From Eledone cirrhosa (lineage: Eukaryota), in NCBI GenBank assembly GCA_964016885.1, contig CAXHJY010001041.1, positions 2,928-66,927 of the forward strand: 64,000 bases of DNA, in the 5' to 3' direction. The notes under the pieces were generated by a model, which saw only the letters and a program-made list of their open reading frames with translations, was not told where the DNA came from and ran no database searches. This document shows positions 1 through 13,336 of this stretch, piece by piece. Both the position numbers and the translations under genes were made by a program. How positions within the stretch are numbered: the stretch's first letter is position 1; the number at the start of each line of letters is the position of its first letter.

Positions 1-353
1 GTGTGCTATGTGGCAAGAGTGGCGTGTGAAAATGTCATGTCCACTTGGTGTCTGTCAAGGAGAACTGCTTGGCCCCCTACTGTTTCTATTACATGGTCAC
101 AATAGAGTAGCAATGATGGAAACACAGCGCCACACGCACGCACTGGTCGTAACATATGACATCGCTTTTAAAATGGCGGCGACCAGCGTAATTATGGAAT
201 CCTTTGCGGGATGACTTTGTATCTCTTTAAAAACTAGTCAAATAACTGAATTCATTTTTAGATGTGTTGCAAATTGAACCTGTCTTCCTCCATCGTCATT
301 GATCCTTACATTCTAGGCATGGGGGAATAGTTTGGCTCTTTCTACACAAAATC

Positions 354-600
354 ATGTATTGGTGCTGTTGTTATTGTTGTTGTTGCTGTCGTTTTATTAT
401 TGTTGTTGTAGTTATTCACGATCTTGTCCTTTTTATTGTTGTTACTGTTGCTGTTTTTGTTCTCATTGTTGCTGCTGCTGCTGTTATTATTGTTGTTGTT
501 GTTATTATTTTAGCTGTTGTCTTTGTTGCTGTTGTTGTTACGGTCGTTGTTGTCATTGTCATCGTTGTTGTCATCGTTGTTGTTGTCGTTGTTGTTGTTA
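354..600. repeat. Degenerate (GTT/GCT)n trinucleotide repeat
   Basis: Directly visible; explains the poly-V/C/T ORFs. Confidence 0.9.
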
Positions 601-691
601 TAGAAGTTGTTTCACTTTTCATACATAGTTTATTTCCACTATTTCTGTAGGCTTTAAACTTGGTATATGTAAATAGGAATCAGCTAGTTAA

Positions 692-746
692 GTGTATATA
701 TATATATAGATATATATATGTGTGTATATATGTGTGTGTATATGTG

Positions 747-819
<73 letters not shown>

Positions 820-862
820 CAGTGTATTGGAGCTTGTGTAAATACGTGTATGTGTGTGTATA
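692..862. repeat. (TA)n/(TG)n microsatellite
   Basis: Directly visible. Confidence 0.95.
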
Positions 863-872
863 CACAAATGAA

Positions 873-1023
873 AGCACTGACTTGGCAGAGTGGTTAGAAC
901 GTCAGATGGAATACCTTGTGGTATTGGTTCCGGCTCTCTCAGTTCAAATCCCGCCAAGGTCCACTTCGCCTTTCATACATTCCAGGTAGATAAAAAGTAC
1001 CAGTCTCGTACTGGGGTCGATTC
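873..1023 (+). mobile_element. tRNA-derived SINE (type 1)
   Basis: A-box-like TGGCAGAGTGG, B-box-like GTTCAAATCC, core GCCTTTCAT..GATAAAAAGTACCAG..TACTGGGGTCGATT shared with many copies in the window. Confidence 0.85.
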
Positions 1024-1271
1024 TTCCTTCCTCTCTCTCTCTCTCTCTCACTCTCACCTCTCTCTCTCTCTCTCCTCTCCTTCCTCCCCTCTCTCTCTCC
1101 TCCTTCCTCTCTCTCTCTCTTCCTTCCTCTCTCTCTCTATCCCTCCCCCTCTCTCTCTCTCTCTCTCTCTCTCTTCTTCCTCTATCTCCTCTCTCTTCTT
1201 CTCTCTATTCCTCTCTCTCTCTCTCTCTCTTCCTCTCTATCCTCTCTCTCTCTCTCTTCTTCTCTCTATTC

Positions 1272-1309
<38 letters not shown>

Positions 1310-2210
1310 CTCTCCTTCCTCTCTCTCCTCTCTCTCTCTCTTCCTCTCTCTCTCTTCTTCTCTCTCTCTCTCTCTCTTCCTCTCTCTCTTCTCTCTCCTC
1401 TCTCTTCCTCTCCTTCCTCTCTCTTCCTCTCTCTCTCCTCTCCCTCCTCTCTCTTCCTCTCTCTCCTCTCTCTCTCCTCCTCTCTCCTCTCTCTCTCCTC
1501 TCCTCTCTCTCCTCTCTTCCTCCTCCTCCTCCTCTCTCTCTCTCCTCCTCTCTCTCTCTCTCTCCTCCTCTCTCCTCCTCTCTCTCCTCTCTCTCCTCCT
1601 CTCTCCTCTCTCCTCCTCCTCTCTCCTCTCTCCTCTCTCCTCTCTCTCCTCCTCTCTCCTCCTCTCTCTCCTCCTCTCTCCTCCTCTCTCTCTCCTCTCT
1701 CTCCTCTCTCCTCCTCTCTCCTCTCTCCTCTCTCCTCTCTCTCCTCTCTCTTCCTCTCTCCTCTCTCTCCTCTCTCCTCTCCTCCTCTCTCTCCTCTCTC
1801 TCCTCCTCTCTCCTCTCTCCTCTCTTCCTCCTCTCCTCTCTCCCTCTCTCCTCTCTCCTCTCTCCCTCTCTCCCCTCTCTCCTCTCTACCTCTCTCCTCT
1901 CTCCTCTCTCTCCTCTCCTCCTCTCTCCTCTCTCCTCTCTCCTCTCTCCTCTCTCTCCCTCTCTCTCCTCTCTCCTCTCCTCTCTCTCCTCTCTCCTCTC
2001 TTCCTCCTCTCTTCCTCTCTCCTCTCTCTCCTCTCTCCTCTCTTCCTCTCTCCTCTCTCTTCCTCTCCTCTCTTCCTCCTCTCTCTCCTCTCTCTCTCTC
2101 TCCTCTCTTCCTCTCTCCTCTCTCTCCTCTCTCTCTCCTCTCTTCCTCTCTCCTCTCTCTCACTCTCCTCTCTCACCTCTCTTCCCTCTCTCCTCTCTCT
2201 CACTCTATCT
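1021..2210. repeat. Polypyrimidine (CT/CCT)n tract
   Basis: About 1.2 kb of almost only C and T; the 474-aa S/L/P ORF is its translation. Confidence 0.95.
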
Positions 2211-5200
2211 CTCTCTCTACACTCTTCTCTCCTCTACACTCTCTCTCTCCCTCTCACACATATCTCTCCCTCTACACTATATCTCCTCCTACACTATATC
2301 TCTCTCTACACTAAATCTCTCCTCTACACTAATCTCTCCCTCTACACTATATCTCTCCTCTCTAATATCTCTCCCTCTACACTAATATCTCTCCCTCTAC
2401 ACTATATATCTCTCCCTCTACACTATAAATCTCTCTCTCTACACTATATCTCTCCCTCTACACTATATATCTCTCTCTCTACACTATATCTCTCCTCTAC
2501 ACTATATCTCTCCTCTACACTATATCTCTCTCTCTACACTATATCTCTCCCTCCTACACTATATCTCTCCTCTACACTATATATCTCTCCCTCTACACTA
2601 TATATCTCTCCCTCTACACTATATATCTCTCTCTCTACACTATATCTCTCCCTCTACACTATATCTCTCCTCTACACTATATATCTCTCCCTCTACACTA
2701 TATATCTCTCTCTCTACACTATATCTCTCCCTCTACACTATATCTCTCCCTCTACACTAAATATCTCTCCCTCTACACTATATATCTCTCCCTCTACACT
2801 ATATATCTCTCCTCTACACTATATCTCTCCCTCTACACTATATATCTCTCCCTCTACACTATATATCTCTCCCTCTACACTATATATCTCTCCTCTACAC
2901 TATATCTCTCTCTCTACACTATATCTCTCCCTCTACACTATATATCTCTCCCTCTACACTATATATCTCTCTCTCTACACTATATATCTCTCTCTCTACA
3001 CTATATCTCTCCCTCTACACTATATCTCTCCCTCTACACTATATATCTCTCCCTCTACACTATATATCTCTCCTCTCTACACTATATCTCTCCCTCTACA
3101 CTATATATCTCTCCCTCTACACTATATATCTCTCTCTCTACACTATATCTCTCCCTCTACACTATATATCTCTCCCTCTACACTATATATCTCTCTCTCT
3201 ACACTATATCTCTCCCTCTACACTATATCTCTCCCTCTACACTATATATCTCTCCCTCTACACTATATATCTCTCTCTCTACACTATATCTCTCCCTCTA
3301 CACTATATCTCTCCCTCTACACTATATCTCTCCCTCTACACTATATCTCTCTCTCTCTACACTATATCTCTCCCTCTACACTATATCTCTCCTCTACACT
3401 ATATATCTCTCCCTCTACACTATATATCTCTCTCTCTACACTATATCTCTCCCTCTACACTATATCTCTCCCTCTACACTATATATCTCTCCCTCTACAC
3501 TATATATCTCTCCCTCTACACTATATATCTCTCCCTCTACACTATATCTCTCCCTCTACACTATATATCTCTCCCTCTACACTATATATCTCTCCCTCTA
3601 CACTATATATCTCTCCCTCTACACTATATATCTCTCCCTCTACACTATATATCTCTCCCTCTACACTATATATCTCTCCCTCTACACTATATCTCTCCCT
3701 CTACACTATATCTCTCCCTCTACACTATATATCTCTCCCTCTACACTATATATCTCTCCCTCTGCACTATATCTCTCTCTCTACACTATATCTCTCCCTC
3801 TACACTATATATCTCTCCCTCTACACTATATATCTCTCTCTCTACACTATATCTCTCCCTCTACACTATATCTCTCCCTCTACACTATATATCTCTCTCT
3901 CTACACTATATATCTCTCTCTCTACACTATATCTCTCCCTCTACACTATATCTCTCCCTCTACACTATATATCTCTCCCTCTACACTATATATCTCCCTC
4001 TACACTATATATCTCTCTCTACACTATATATCTCTCCCTCTACACTATATCTCTCCCTCTACACTATATATCTCTCCCTCTACACTATATCTCTCCCTCT
4101 ACACTATATATCTCTCCCTCTACACTATATCTCTCCCTCTATACACTATATATCTCTCCCTCTACACTATATCTCTCCCTCTACACTATATATCTCTCCC
4201 TCTACACTATATCTCTCCCTCTACACTATATATCTCTCCCTCTACACTATATATCTCTCCCTCTACACTATATATCTCTCCCTCTACACTATATATCTCT
4301 CTCTCTACACTATATCTCTCCCTCTACACTATATATCTCTCCCTCTACACTATATATCTCTCTCTCTACACTATATCTCTCTCTCTACACTATATCTCTC
4401 CCTCTACACTATATCTCTCCCTCTACACTATATATCTCTCCCTCTACACTATATATCTCTCTCTCTACACTATATCTCTCCCTCTACACTATATATCTCT
4501 CCCTCTACACTATATATCTCTCTCTCTACACTATATATCTCTCTCTCTACACTATATCTCTCCCTCTACACTATATCTCTCCCTCTACACTATATATCTC
4601 TCCCTCTACACTATATATCTCTCTCTCTACACTATATCTCTCCCTCTACACTATATATCTCTCCCTCTACACTATATATCTCTCTCTCTACACTATATCT
4701 CTCCCTCTACACTATATATCTCTCCCTCTACACTATATATCTCTCTCTCTACACTATATCTCTCCCTCTACACTATATCTCTCCCTCTACACTATATATC
4801 TCTCCCTCTACACTATATATCTCTCTCTCTACACTATATCTCTCCCTCTACACTATATCTCTCCCTCTACACTATATATCTCTCCTCTACACTATATCTC
4901 TCTCTCTCTACACTATATCTCTCCCTCTACACTATATCTCTCCCTCTACACTATATATCTCTCCCTCTACACTATATATCTCTCTCTCTACACTATATCT
5001 CTCCCTCTACACTATATCTCTCCCTCTACACTATATATCTCTCCCTCTACACTATATATCTCTCCCTCTACACTATATATCTCTCCCTCTACACTATATC
5101 TCTCCCTCTACACTATATATCTCTCCCTCTACACTATATATCTCTCCCTCTACACTATATATCTCTCCCTCTACACTATTATCTCTCCCTCTACACTATA

Positions 5201-7081
5201 TATCTCTCCCTCTACACTATATATCTCTCCCTCTACACTATATCTCTCCCTCTACACTATATATCTCTCCCTCTACACTATATATCTCTCCCTCTACACT
5301 ATATATCTCTCCCTCTGCACTATATATCTCTCTCTCTACACTATATCTCTCCCTCTACACTATATATCTCTCCCTCTACACTATATATCTCTCTCTCTAC
5401 ACTATATCTCTCCCTCTACACTATATCTCTCCCTCTACACTATATATCTCTCTCTCTACACTATATATCTCTCTCTCTACACTATATCTCTCCCTCTACA
5501 CTATATCTCTCCCTCTACACTATATATCTCTCCCTCTACACTATATATCTCTCTCTCTACACTATATCTCTCCCTCTACACTATATCTCTCCCTCTACAC
5601 TATATATCTCTCCCTCTACACTATATATATCTCTCTCTACACTATATCTCTCCCTCTACACTATATTTTTCCCTCTACACTATATATCTCTCCCTCTACA
5701 CTATATATCTCTCCCTCTACACTATATATCTCTCCCTCTACACTATATATCTCTATCTCTACACTATATATCTCTCCCTCTACACTATATATCTCTCTCT
5801 CTCTACACTATATCTCTCCCTCTACACTATATTTTTCCCTCTACACTATATATCTCTCCCTCTACACTATATATCTCTCCCTCTACACTATATATCTCTC
5901 CCTCTACACTATATATCTCTCTCTCTACACTATATATCTCTCCCTCTACACTATATATCTCTCTCTCTACACTATATCTCTCCCTCTACACTATATTTCT
6001 CCCTCTACACTATATATCTCTCCCTCTACACTATATATCTCTCCCTCTACACTATATCTCTCCCTCTACACTATATATCTCTCTCTACACTATATATCTC
6101 TCTCTACACTATATCTCTCCCTCTACACTATATATCTCGCCCTCTACACTATATCTCTCCCTCTACACTATATCTCTCCCTCTACACTATATATCTCTCC
6201 CTCTACACTATATATCTCTCCCTCTACACTATATCTCTCCCTCTACACTATATCTCTCCCTCTACACTATATATCTCTCCCTCTACACTATATATCTCTC
6301 CCTCTACACTATATATCTCTCCCTCTACACTATATATCTCTCTCTACACTATATATCTCTGCCTCTACACTATATATCTCTCCCCTCCCTCTACACTATA
6401 TCTCTCCCTCTACACTATATATCTCTCTCTACACTATATCTCTCCCTCTACACTATATATCTCGCCCTCTACACTATATCTCGCCCTCTACACTATATCT
6501 CTCCCTCTACACTATATACATCTCTCCCTCTACACTATATATCTCTCCCTCTACACTATATATCTCTCCCTCTACACTATATATCTCTCCCTCTACACTA
6601 TATATCTCTCCCTCTACACTATATATCTCTCCCTCTACACTATATCTCTCTCTCTACACTATATCTCTCCCTCTTCACTATATATCTCTCCCTCTACACT
6701 ATATCTCTCCCTCTACACTATATATCTCTCCCTCTACACTATATCTCTCCCTCTACACTATATATCTCTCCCTCTACACTATATCTCTCCCTCTCCACCA
6801 TATATCTCTCCCTCTACACTATATCTCTCCCTCTACACTATATCTCTCCCTCTACACTATATATCTCTCCCTCTACACTATATCTCTCCCTCTACACTAT
6901 ATATCTCTCTCTACACTATATATCTCTCCCTCTACACTATATCTCTCCCTCTACACTATATATCTCTCCCTCTACACTATATCTCTCCCTCTACACTATA
7001 TATCTCTCCCTCTACACTATATCTCTCCCTCTACACTATATATCTCTCCCTCTACACTATATCTCTCCCTCTACACTATAT
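2210..7081. repeat. ~4.9 kb minisatellite, 19-21 bp unit CTCTACACTAT(AT)ATCTCTCC
   Basis: Roughly 240 tandem units directly visible (estimated from length). Confidence 0.97.
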
Positions 7082-7414
7082 CCGTCGCTCATGACGATGA
7101 TGATTTGCAAGCTTGTTTATGTAAAGTATGTGTTCAAACAAGATATTGTTATATTTAGGGATCTTCAAGTTGTCATTATTGACAATAAAAACAGACACAC
7201 TATTTGATTTTTACTTCATGTTTATTATTAGTTCTTTCGTCCCACATTCTGTCACCTCTTCAATGACTGTTTTCCTCTGTGTCTCTTCTCTGTCAAATAA
7301 TGGGGTTCTATTGGCAATATTACCGTGACAAATCCCTAAAATATAATGTTTAAATGTCGTCTTCTGAAGATGTGTAACACTATAATTTACTACTGTCTCA
7401 TGTGTATATGTGAA

Positions 7415-7495
7415 TATTACCCACTCTACTACTCCAAGTATCGAGTACTCTGGTGGGGTATGGTCCACCTGCTATTTTACCACACCCTGTCTGTT
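7415..7495 (+). mobile_element. 3' tail of Penelope-like family A
   Basis: TATTACCCACTCTACTACTCCAAGTATCGAGTACTCTGGTG..ATGGTCCACC, homologous to tails at 27931, 31861 and 35858; ends in (AT)n. Confidence 0.65.
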
Positions 7496-7748
7496 ATATA
7501 TATAATTTTGTATTTATTTTTCTTAATTTATTCTTAAATTGAGTCTAGCAAACCCCATTGTTTGTAGTTAGTATTCTTTTCACCTTAGCGAATCAGGTCC
7601 CTTACGATTTCAACACATATATCTATATATATCTGTGTTCCCTTTTCTTTTTTGTTCAGTTAAAATATACGGCTCCGAAAAACCTCTTTCTTAGAGCTAT
7701 TTTACTCTAATGACACTATTTTGAGTTTCTAACTCAATACATGCCTTT

Positions 7749-7806
<58 letters not shown>

Positions 7807-7908
7807 TATATATATATATATAGATATAGATATATATATACATATGTCCCAAGTCTCTGATACCATCAACACTATACACACAGAGCTGGCATATCTAAGA
7901 ACTGACTA

Positions 7909-7964
7909 ACTGCCTGATGAGGTCATACCCATTCAATGGCTATCATCGAAATATATATAGCAGT
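7909..7964 (+). ncRNA. Type I hammerhead ribozyme motif
   Basis: Stem I ACTGC/GCAGT, CTGATGA (7914-7920), imperfect stem II, GAAA (7948-7951), palindromic TATATA stem III, then AATAAA; inside a ~165 bp insert in (TA)n. Confidence 0.8.
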
Positions 7965-8031
7965 AAATAAAGGATTATGAGTTCATGCAATTGACTTATC
8001 TTTCGTCACTATATATATATATATATATATA

Positions 8032-8391
8032 TAATGTAAGTATACGTACATACATATATGTATACAGACGTACAGTAGTATGTATATATATATATACATA
8101 CATGCACACATATATATATATATATGCACGTATCGGTTTACCGAACATTAATTATAATGCTCGCCGAGGTTGACTTTGCCTTTCATCCTTACGGGGTCGA
8201 TAAAATAAAGTACCAGTAATGCACTGGGTATTTGCTGGCCTTGTGCCTAAAGTAGAAACAATTAATTATAATGCTCGGTTTGTTTGTAAACAAACAAACA
8301 GCCCGAATTACGCCGTAGAGTGGGCAACCACGTCACCTTTAAGTAACTGCCGTACTAAGAGTGAGAAATGAAATTTCGTTTCATTCTATTC

Positions 8392-8392
<1 letters not shown>
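8032..8392. mobile_element. (AT)n-embedded element, family B (related to 31964-32469), interrupted by a SINE
   Basis: Shares CCGAAC..TTATAATGCTCGG..GTAAACAAACA..GCCGTAG with 32165-32230 and carries an inverted copy of the 60-nt GAAACGAAATTTCATTTC.CACTCTTAGTACGG motif. Confidence 0.7.
8164..8260 (+). mobile_element. 5'-truncated type 1 SINE with 17-bp TSD
   Basis: Flanked by ATTAATTATAATGCTCG at 8147-8163 and 8261-8277. Confidence 0.88.
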
Positions 8393-8455
<63 letters not shown>

Positions 8456-8981
8456 GGGTTCAATGGGGGTAACCATGGTCAGGTATTCCTTCTATTGAAA
8501 CAGTTCTAGTCCTGTAGAAGCCAGTGTGTGTGTGTCAGTATATCAGTGTGTGTGAGTGTGTGTGTGGTTTACAATGCTGGAGGTGGTAACCGAGAGAAAA
8601 AACACGTCTAACAAAAGAATGCAGAGGGAGGTGGGTAAATGAGATCACCCAGGGTAGGTGATTGGGGGAGGGAGGAGAACCATATGAGATCAGCTGCCCT
8701 AGGGGTGGGGTTAGGTCAATGTTATACATGAGAGGGAGAGAGGAGAACCATATGAGATCAGCTGCCCTAGGGGTGGGGGTCAATGTAATAAAAACGAGGT
8801 GATAACAGATAAAACACACTTCATGTTGTTGTTATTCTAGAGTTGTTGCTGTTATTGTTGGTGGTGTCGTTGTTGTTGTTGGTGGTGGTTATTGCGGTAG
8901 TGTTTTGCTGTTACGTCACAGGAATCATTTGGAATACATCATACGATAGGTGTGTGTGTATATATATATATATAGTATATA

Positions 8982-9779
8982 TAATCGAGTCCGCTTAAGA
9001 GTATACCCTCGGGAATGGAAAATAGTATACTCTTAACCGAACTATACATTATCCGGACTAAGCAAAAATATTCCATAATATTATTATTTTGAGTCTTTCA
9101 ATGATTAAAAATCGCTTTAATATGGTTTAAAATGCATTTATATGTAAAAAAAATGAAAGTTACACCAAAAAATTCAACAAGAATTATTGCAAATTATAGA
9201 TAAATTAGGCAATATTTCAACATATTGGTATGCAATTTTTATTTCCTAAAAAATAGTCCAAAATGCTTTTTTTGCACTCGATTGCTCGCAATTTTTTTTT
9301 AAATCAATTCCTTCGATCTCAGACAGTATAATTTTCAAAATTTTCAAACGCTTGCATCATATAGGATTATACAGTCAACAAAGCATTTATTCCTTCTTTT
9401 CCAGAGATCTAAAATATTGATAAATGATTAAAGTTATGTTAGGTACCTATGGACATTCATATTATAAATATAAAAATAATACATACTAACCTTTGAGTAA
9501 TGGATAAAGCAGAGCGTTTCAAAGACATTTTTATGACACAATGAATTATTATTTTTGTATTTGCATATATTAAACTTTAAATTGCTTTTAGAATGGTTGT
9601 ATAAATGACATCATCGCATTTCATTTTGAATTGTTTTAAAATGGTTGTTACATTATAAGCCCAATTTACTTTACCGTATTCATTATAGTCTTATTCGGAC
9701 TAAATTATATAGAAAATATATAAACGGGAATTGATTATGCTATACTCTTATCCGATATACTCTTAAGCGGACTCGACTG
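8982..9779. mobile_element. Tc1/mariner-pogo-type MITE or non-autonomous DNA transposon
   Basis: TIRs TCGAGTCCGCTTAAGAGTATA / TATACTCTTAAGCGGACTCGA; right end CTG|TA; AT-rich non-coding interior. Confidence 0.8.
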
Positions 9780-10013
9780 TATATATATTGTGTGTGTGTA
9801 TATATATATATATTGTGTGTGTATATATATATATATATTGTGTGTGTATATATATATATATATTGTGTGTGTATATATATATATATATTGTGTGTGTGTA
9901 TATATATATATATTGTGTGTGTGTATATATATATATATATTGTGTGTGTATATATATATATATATATTGTGTGTGTATATATATATATATATTGTGTGTA
10001 TATATATATATAT

Positions 10014-10050
<37 letters not shown>

Positions 10051-10332
10051 TGTGTGTGTGTATATATATATATATTGTGTGTGTATATATATATATATAT
10101 TGTGTGTGTGTATATATATATATATTGTGTGTGTATATATATATATATATATATTGTGTGTGTGTGTATAACTATATATATATATATATTGTGTGTGTGT
10201 GTATAACTATATATATATATATTGTGTGTGTGTGTATAACTATATATATATATTGTGTGTGTGTGTATATTATATATATATATATATTGTGTGTGTGTGT
10301 ATAACTATATATATATATATTGTGTGTGTGTG
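9780..10332. repeat. Compound (TA)nT(TG)n repeat
   Basis: Directly visible. Confidence 0.95.
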
Positions 10333-10334
10333 CT

Positions 10335-10575
10335 TTATACTGTTAAATGGTTTCAGCCGCTGGACTACGGCCCTGCTGGAGCAACGCCTGGCCCCTATTT
10401 TATCGATCTCTTTTCTGTTAAAAATGGCAAAGTTATCTGCTGATATTTCGAAATATATGTTGTCGTTGACACTGCTAGAAATAACAGCCAACCTCTCGCA
10501 TATCACACACCCTCACATCTGGACAAAAGACTGGACGGTCTTGACTGAAACACATTTGATCTAGATCGGCCTTGG
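10335..10575 (-). mobile_element. Diverged SINE 3' part
   Basis: Reverse complement of the ..CCAGCATGGCC..GTC..ACTGAAACC tail also seen at 11560, 29455 and 56335. Confidence 0.5.
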
Positions 10576-10612
10576 ACACACACACACACACAGACACACA
10601 CAGACACACACA

Positions 10613-10693
<81 letters not shown>

Positions 10694-10738
10694 ACACACA
10701 CACACACAGACAGACAGACAGACAGACAGAGACAGAGA
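10576..10738. repeat. (CA)n/(CAGA)n microsatellite
   Basis: Directly visible. Confidence 0.95.
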
Positions 10739-10984
10739 TGCCGATAGGTAAATTCCTTGTAAAGTAACATAAAACTGTTTTATTTTTGGATACTTTACTA
10801 GGAATTAACTGCTAGGTAACTTTGTAAACGATATTATATATATATATAGTAAGAAACACAGTAAACCGTGTGTCTAAAATTACAAGGGTTGAAAAACCAC
10901 ATTTGTTTGAAATATTTAACCAAGAAGCAGACAGAATGATAAAATAAAAATATATTATTATACAATTGGAGTTTTAACTCTAAT

Positions 10985-11021
<37 letters not shown>

Positions 11022-11027
<6 letters not shown>

Positions 11028-11147
11028 TATACATGTGTTTCAACCTAGCTAACTTGGTCCTTTAGAACACATGTATACTTATATCTCTGTTCATCCCTCT
11101 CATCCAATTATATTACACGACTCGGAAAGATTCCCTTATCTGGGCTA
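11022..11147 (+). mobile_element. Short fold-back-plus-tail element next to (AT)n
   Basis: Arms TATAAGTATACATGTGTT / AACACATGTATACTTATA, then a tail; a reverse-strand homolog lies at ~35395-35445. Confidence 0.55.
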
Positions 11148-11229
11148 TTTAATTGTAAAAGTCTGGGCAATGTTGTTTGTAAAAGACCAGTAGTCACCCA
11201 TACATACCAGTCTCCCTCTCCACGTCCCC

Positions 11230-11435
11230 GATGTTGTCCAAGGTAAAAGCAATGGCTGATACAGCTTGGCACCAGTGACGTCACAACTTCTACAGCTGAG
11301 TAAACTGGAGCAACGTGAATAAGTGTCTTGTCCTTCTTGCATCAAGGACACAACACATCACCTGATCCGAGAATCGAACTCACAACCTCACGATAGCAAG
11401 CCCAACGCTCTAACCACTAAGCCATACGCTTTCAT
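11230..11435 (-). mobile_element. CORE-like tRNA-derived SINE
   Basis: On minus: GGCTTAGTGGTTAGAGCG..GAGTTCGATTCTC..CACGTTGCTCCAGTTTACTCAGCTGTAG. Confidence 0.8.
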
Positions 11436-11664
11436 ATGTGTGTGTGTGTTTACGTTGTCTTTGTCTACATTTCTAGGGAGTTAGTTCGACAAGTTCGATA
11501 AAATAAGGACCAGATTTAACAAAAATAAATACAAGTGTTGATTTAATCAACTAAATCAATGTGGTGCCCCAGCATGGCCTTTGTCTAATGACTGGAACCA
11601 GCAAAACGTAGAGCTATAAAAGAGAACCTTGCTTGTTGTCTTAGCTCTCTCTCTCTCTATCTGA

Positions 11665-11868
11665 CTCCCACCCCTGGACATGAAACCAGTCCGTCGCAGA
11701 GTTAAACCCTCAGCTATTACTGGTACTCATTTTTAGCTGAGTATACTGGAGCAACGTGAAATGTATGTTGTGTTCTTGAGCAAAACACTTCAACCCATCC
11801 CAGGAATCAAACCCACGACATTATGACCGTAAGTCCAACACCCTTACCACAAGGCCACGTGCCTTCAC
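11665..11868 (-). mobile_element. CORE-like tRNA-derived SINE
   Basis: Reverse complement of the 22630-22900 family. Confidence 0.8.
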
Positions 11869-11871
11869 TAC

Positions 11872-12185
11872 CATAAATAGTTTCTACATTTGGCACAAAA
11901 CCAGCAATTTGAAGGGAAGGCAAAAGTCGATTAAATCGACCCCACTGCGTTACTGGTATTTTATTTTATCGAATCCGTAAAAATGAAAGGTAAAGTTAAC
12001 CTCGGCGAGATTTGAACTCAGATCATAAAGGGCCGTAACTCATATACCACAAAGCATGGCGTCCGACCCTCTACCGATACTGCCAATCCACCGCCCTTAC
12101 CGCTATTATAAATAATTATTTCTACTTTTGGCACACGGCCAACAAATACCCCAGTGCATTACTGGTACTTTATTTTATAGACCCC
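11872..12185 (-). mobile_element. Full type 1 SINE plus adjacent 3' fragment
   Basis: On minus: GGGCGGTGGATTGGCAGTATCGGTAGAG..GAGTTCAAATC..core..TTGTGCCAAATGTAGAAAC. Confidence 0.88.
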
Positions 12186-12574
12186 TATTATAAATAATGC
12201 TATCATATATTTTACTTCCAAACCAAGCTAAATATTCTTTTTCTTGTTTTTCCCCGCTACTCCCAAGAAAAACATATCCAATGAATTTGTTGAATCTATT
12301 TAAGACACAGACTTTACAATATGACTTCACAACTGACCCCGAAATTAAAAAGGAAAATTATATTCAGTTCAGTGTCTTCTGTAATTTCTCAAAGACAAAT
12401 CACAGCAGAATCATACATTCTTACTGCAGAAAGATTCTCAAATTGGATCAACACAATAAATATATTCGCCATTCTATTCACAAAAGTGAGTATTTTTCTA
12501 AATAGATTTATTACGGAAGGCTTACTGTGTGGCTATTTTTACATTTTGTACTTATAACTTCATTAACTAATTGT

Positions 12575-12611
<37 letters not shown>

Positions 12612-12612
<1 letters not shown>

Positions 12613-12930
12613 CTGCACGCTTCAATGTGTTGTAAAGGCACGTGGTTTTGGGGTTATGGTGTTGGGGTTGGATTCGGAAACCGGGTGGTGTGTTTTCTCT
12701 TGAGCAAGACACTTTATTTTCCGTTGTTTCAGCACAAACTAGTTCTGCCTGTAATTTAAAAGGCCTTGTCATATATTGTATGCTGCTAACTCTCCCTGAG
12801 AACTATGATAAAGGTATCGTTCTGAGTTCAAATCCTGCCGATGTTAGGCTTTACCTTTCATCCTTACAGGGTCGATAAAATAAAGTACCAGTAATGTACT
12901 AGGGTCGATTTAATGACCTTTGCCCTCCAC
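12612..12930 (+). mobile_element. CORE-like SINE followed by or interrupted by a type 1 SINE
   Basis: TTGAGCAAGACACTTTATTT core, then GAGTTCAAATCC..GGGTCGATAAAATAAAGTACCAG. Confidence 0.7.
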
Positions 12931-13336
12931 ACTGTGGAGTGCTCAGCCAATGAGTATCTGTGTCTGTCATAATATTCAATCTATCACAATGACCATATAA
13001 GTGTGTCTACAGATTGATACAGTGGTTTAAATGTTTGGGACTTAACCTCAGGTCTCGAATAATGCCCCCCCCCCCCCCCCCCCCCCCCCCATCCACTCAC
13101 CCTGCTTATTAAATTTTAATAATCTCCAGCAAAGTATTATTTTAAGTGGTAGCATTCCTGCGACAATTTTATACGTTAAAAAAACATTATACATGACAAA
13201 AAAAAAGCCATGGGTCACGACGTAGGGACCCGACCATGGGTCACGACGTAGGGACCCGACCATGGGTCACGGCCCAGGACAATGGTGGTGATGATGATGA
13301 TGATTATAGCGAGGACAATGATGATGATAATGGTTA

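Noticed and set aside
890-2314. 474-aa ORF and antisense E/R/G-rich ORFs
   Set aside because: SINE plus (CT)n translation; stop-free because of base composition.
7211-7335. Possible minus-strand terminal exon (GICHGNIANRTPLFD..NMK*)
   Set aside because: Plausible acceptor, but no recognisable domain or partner exons.
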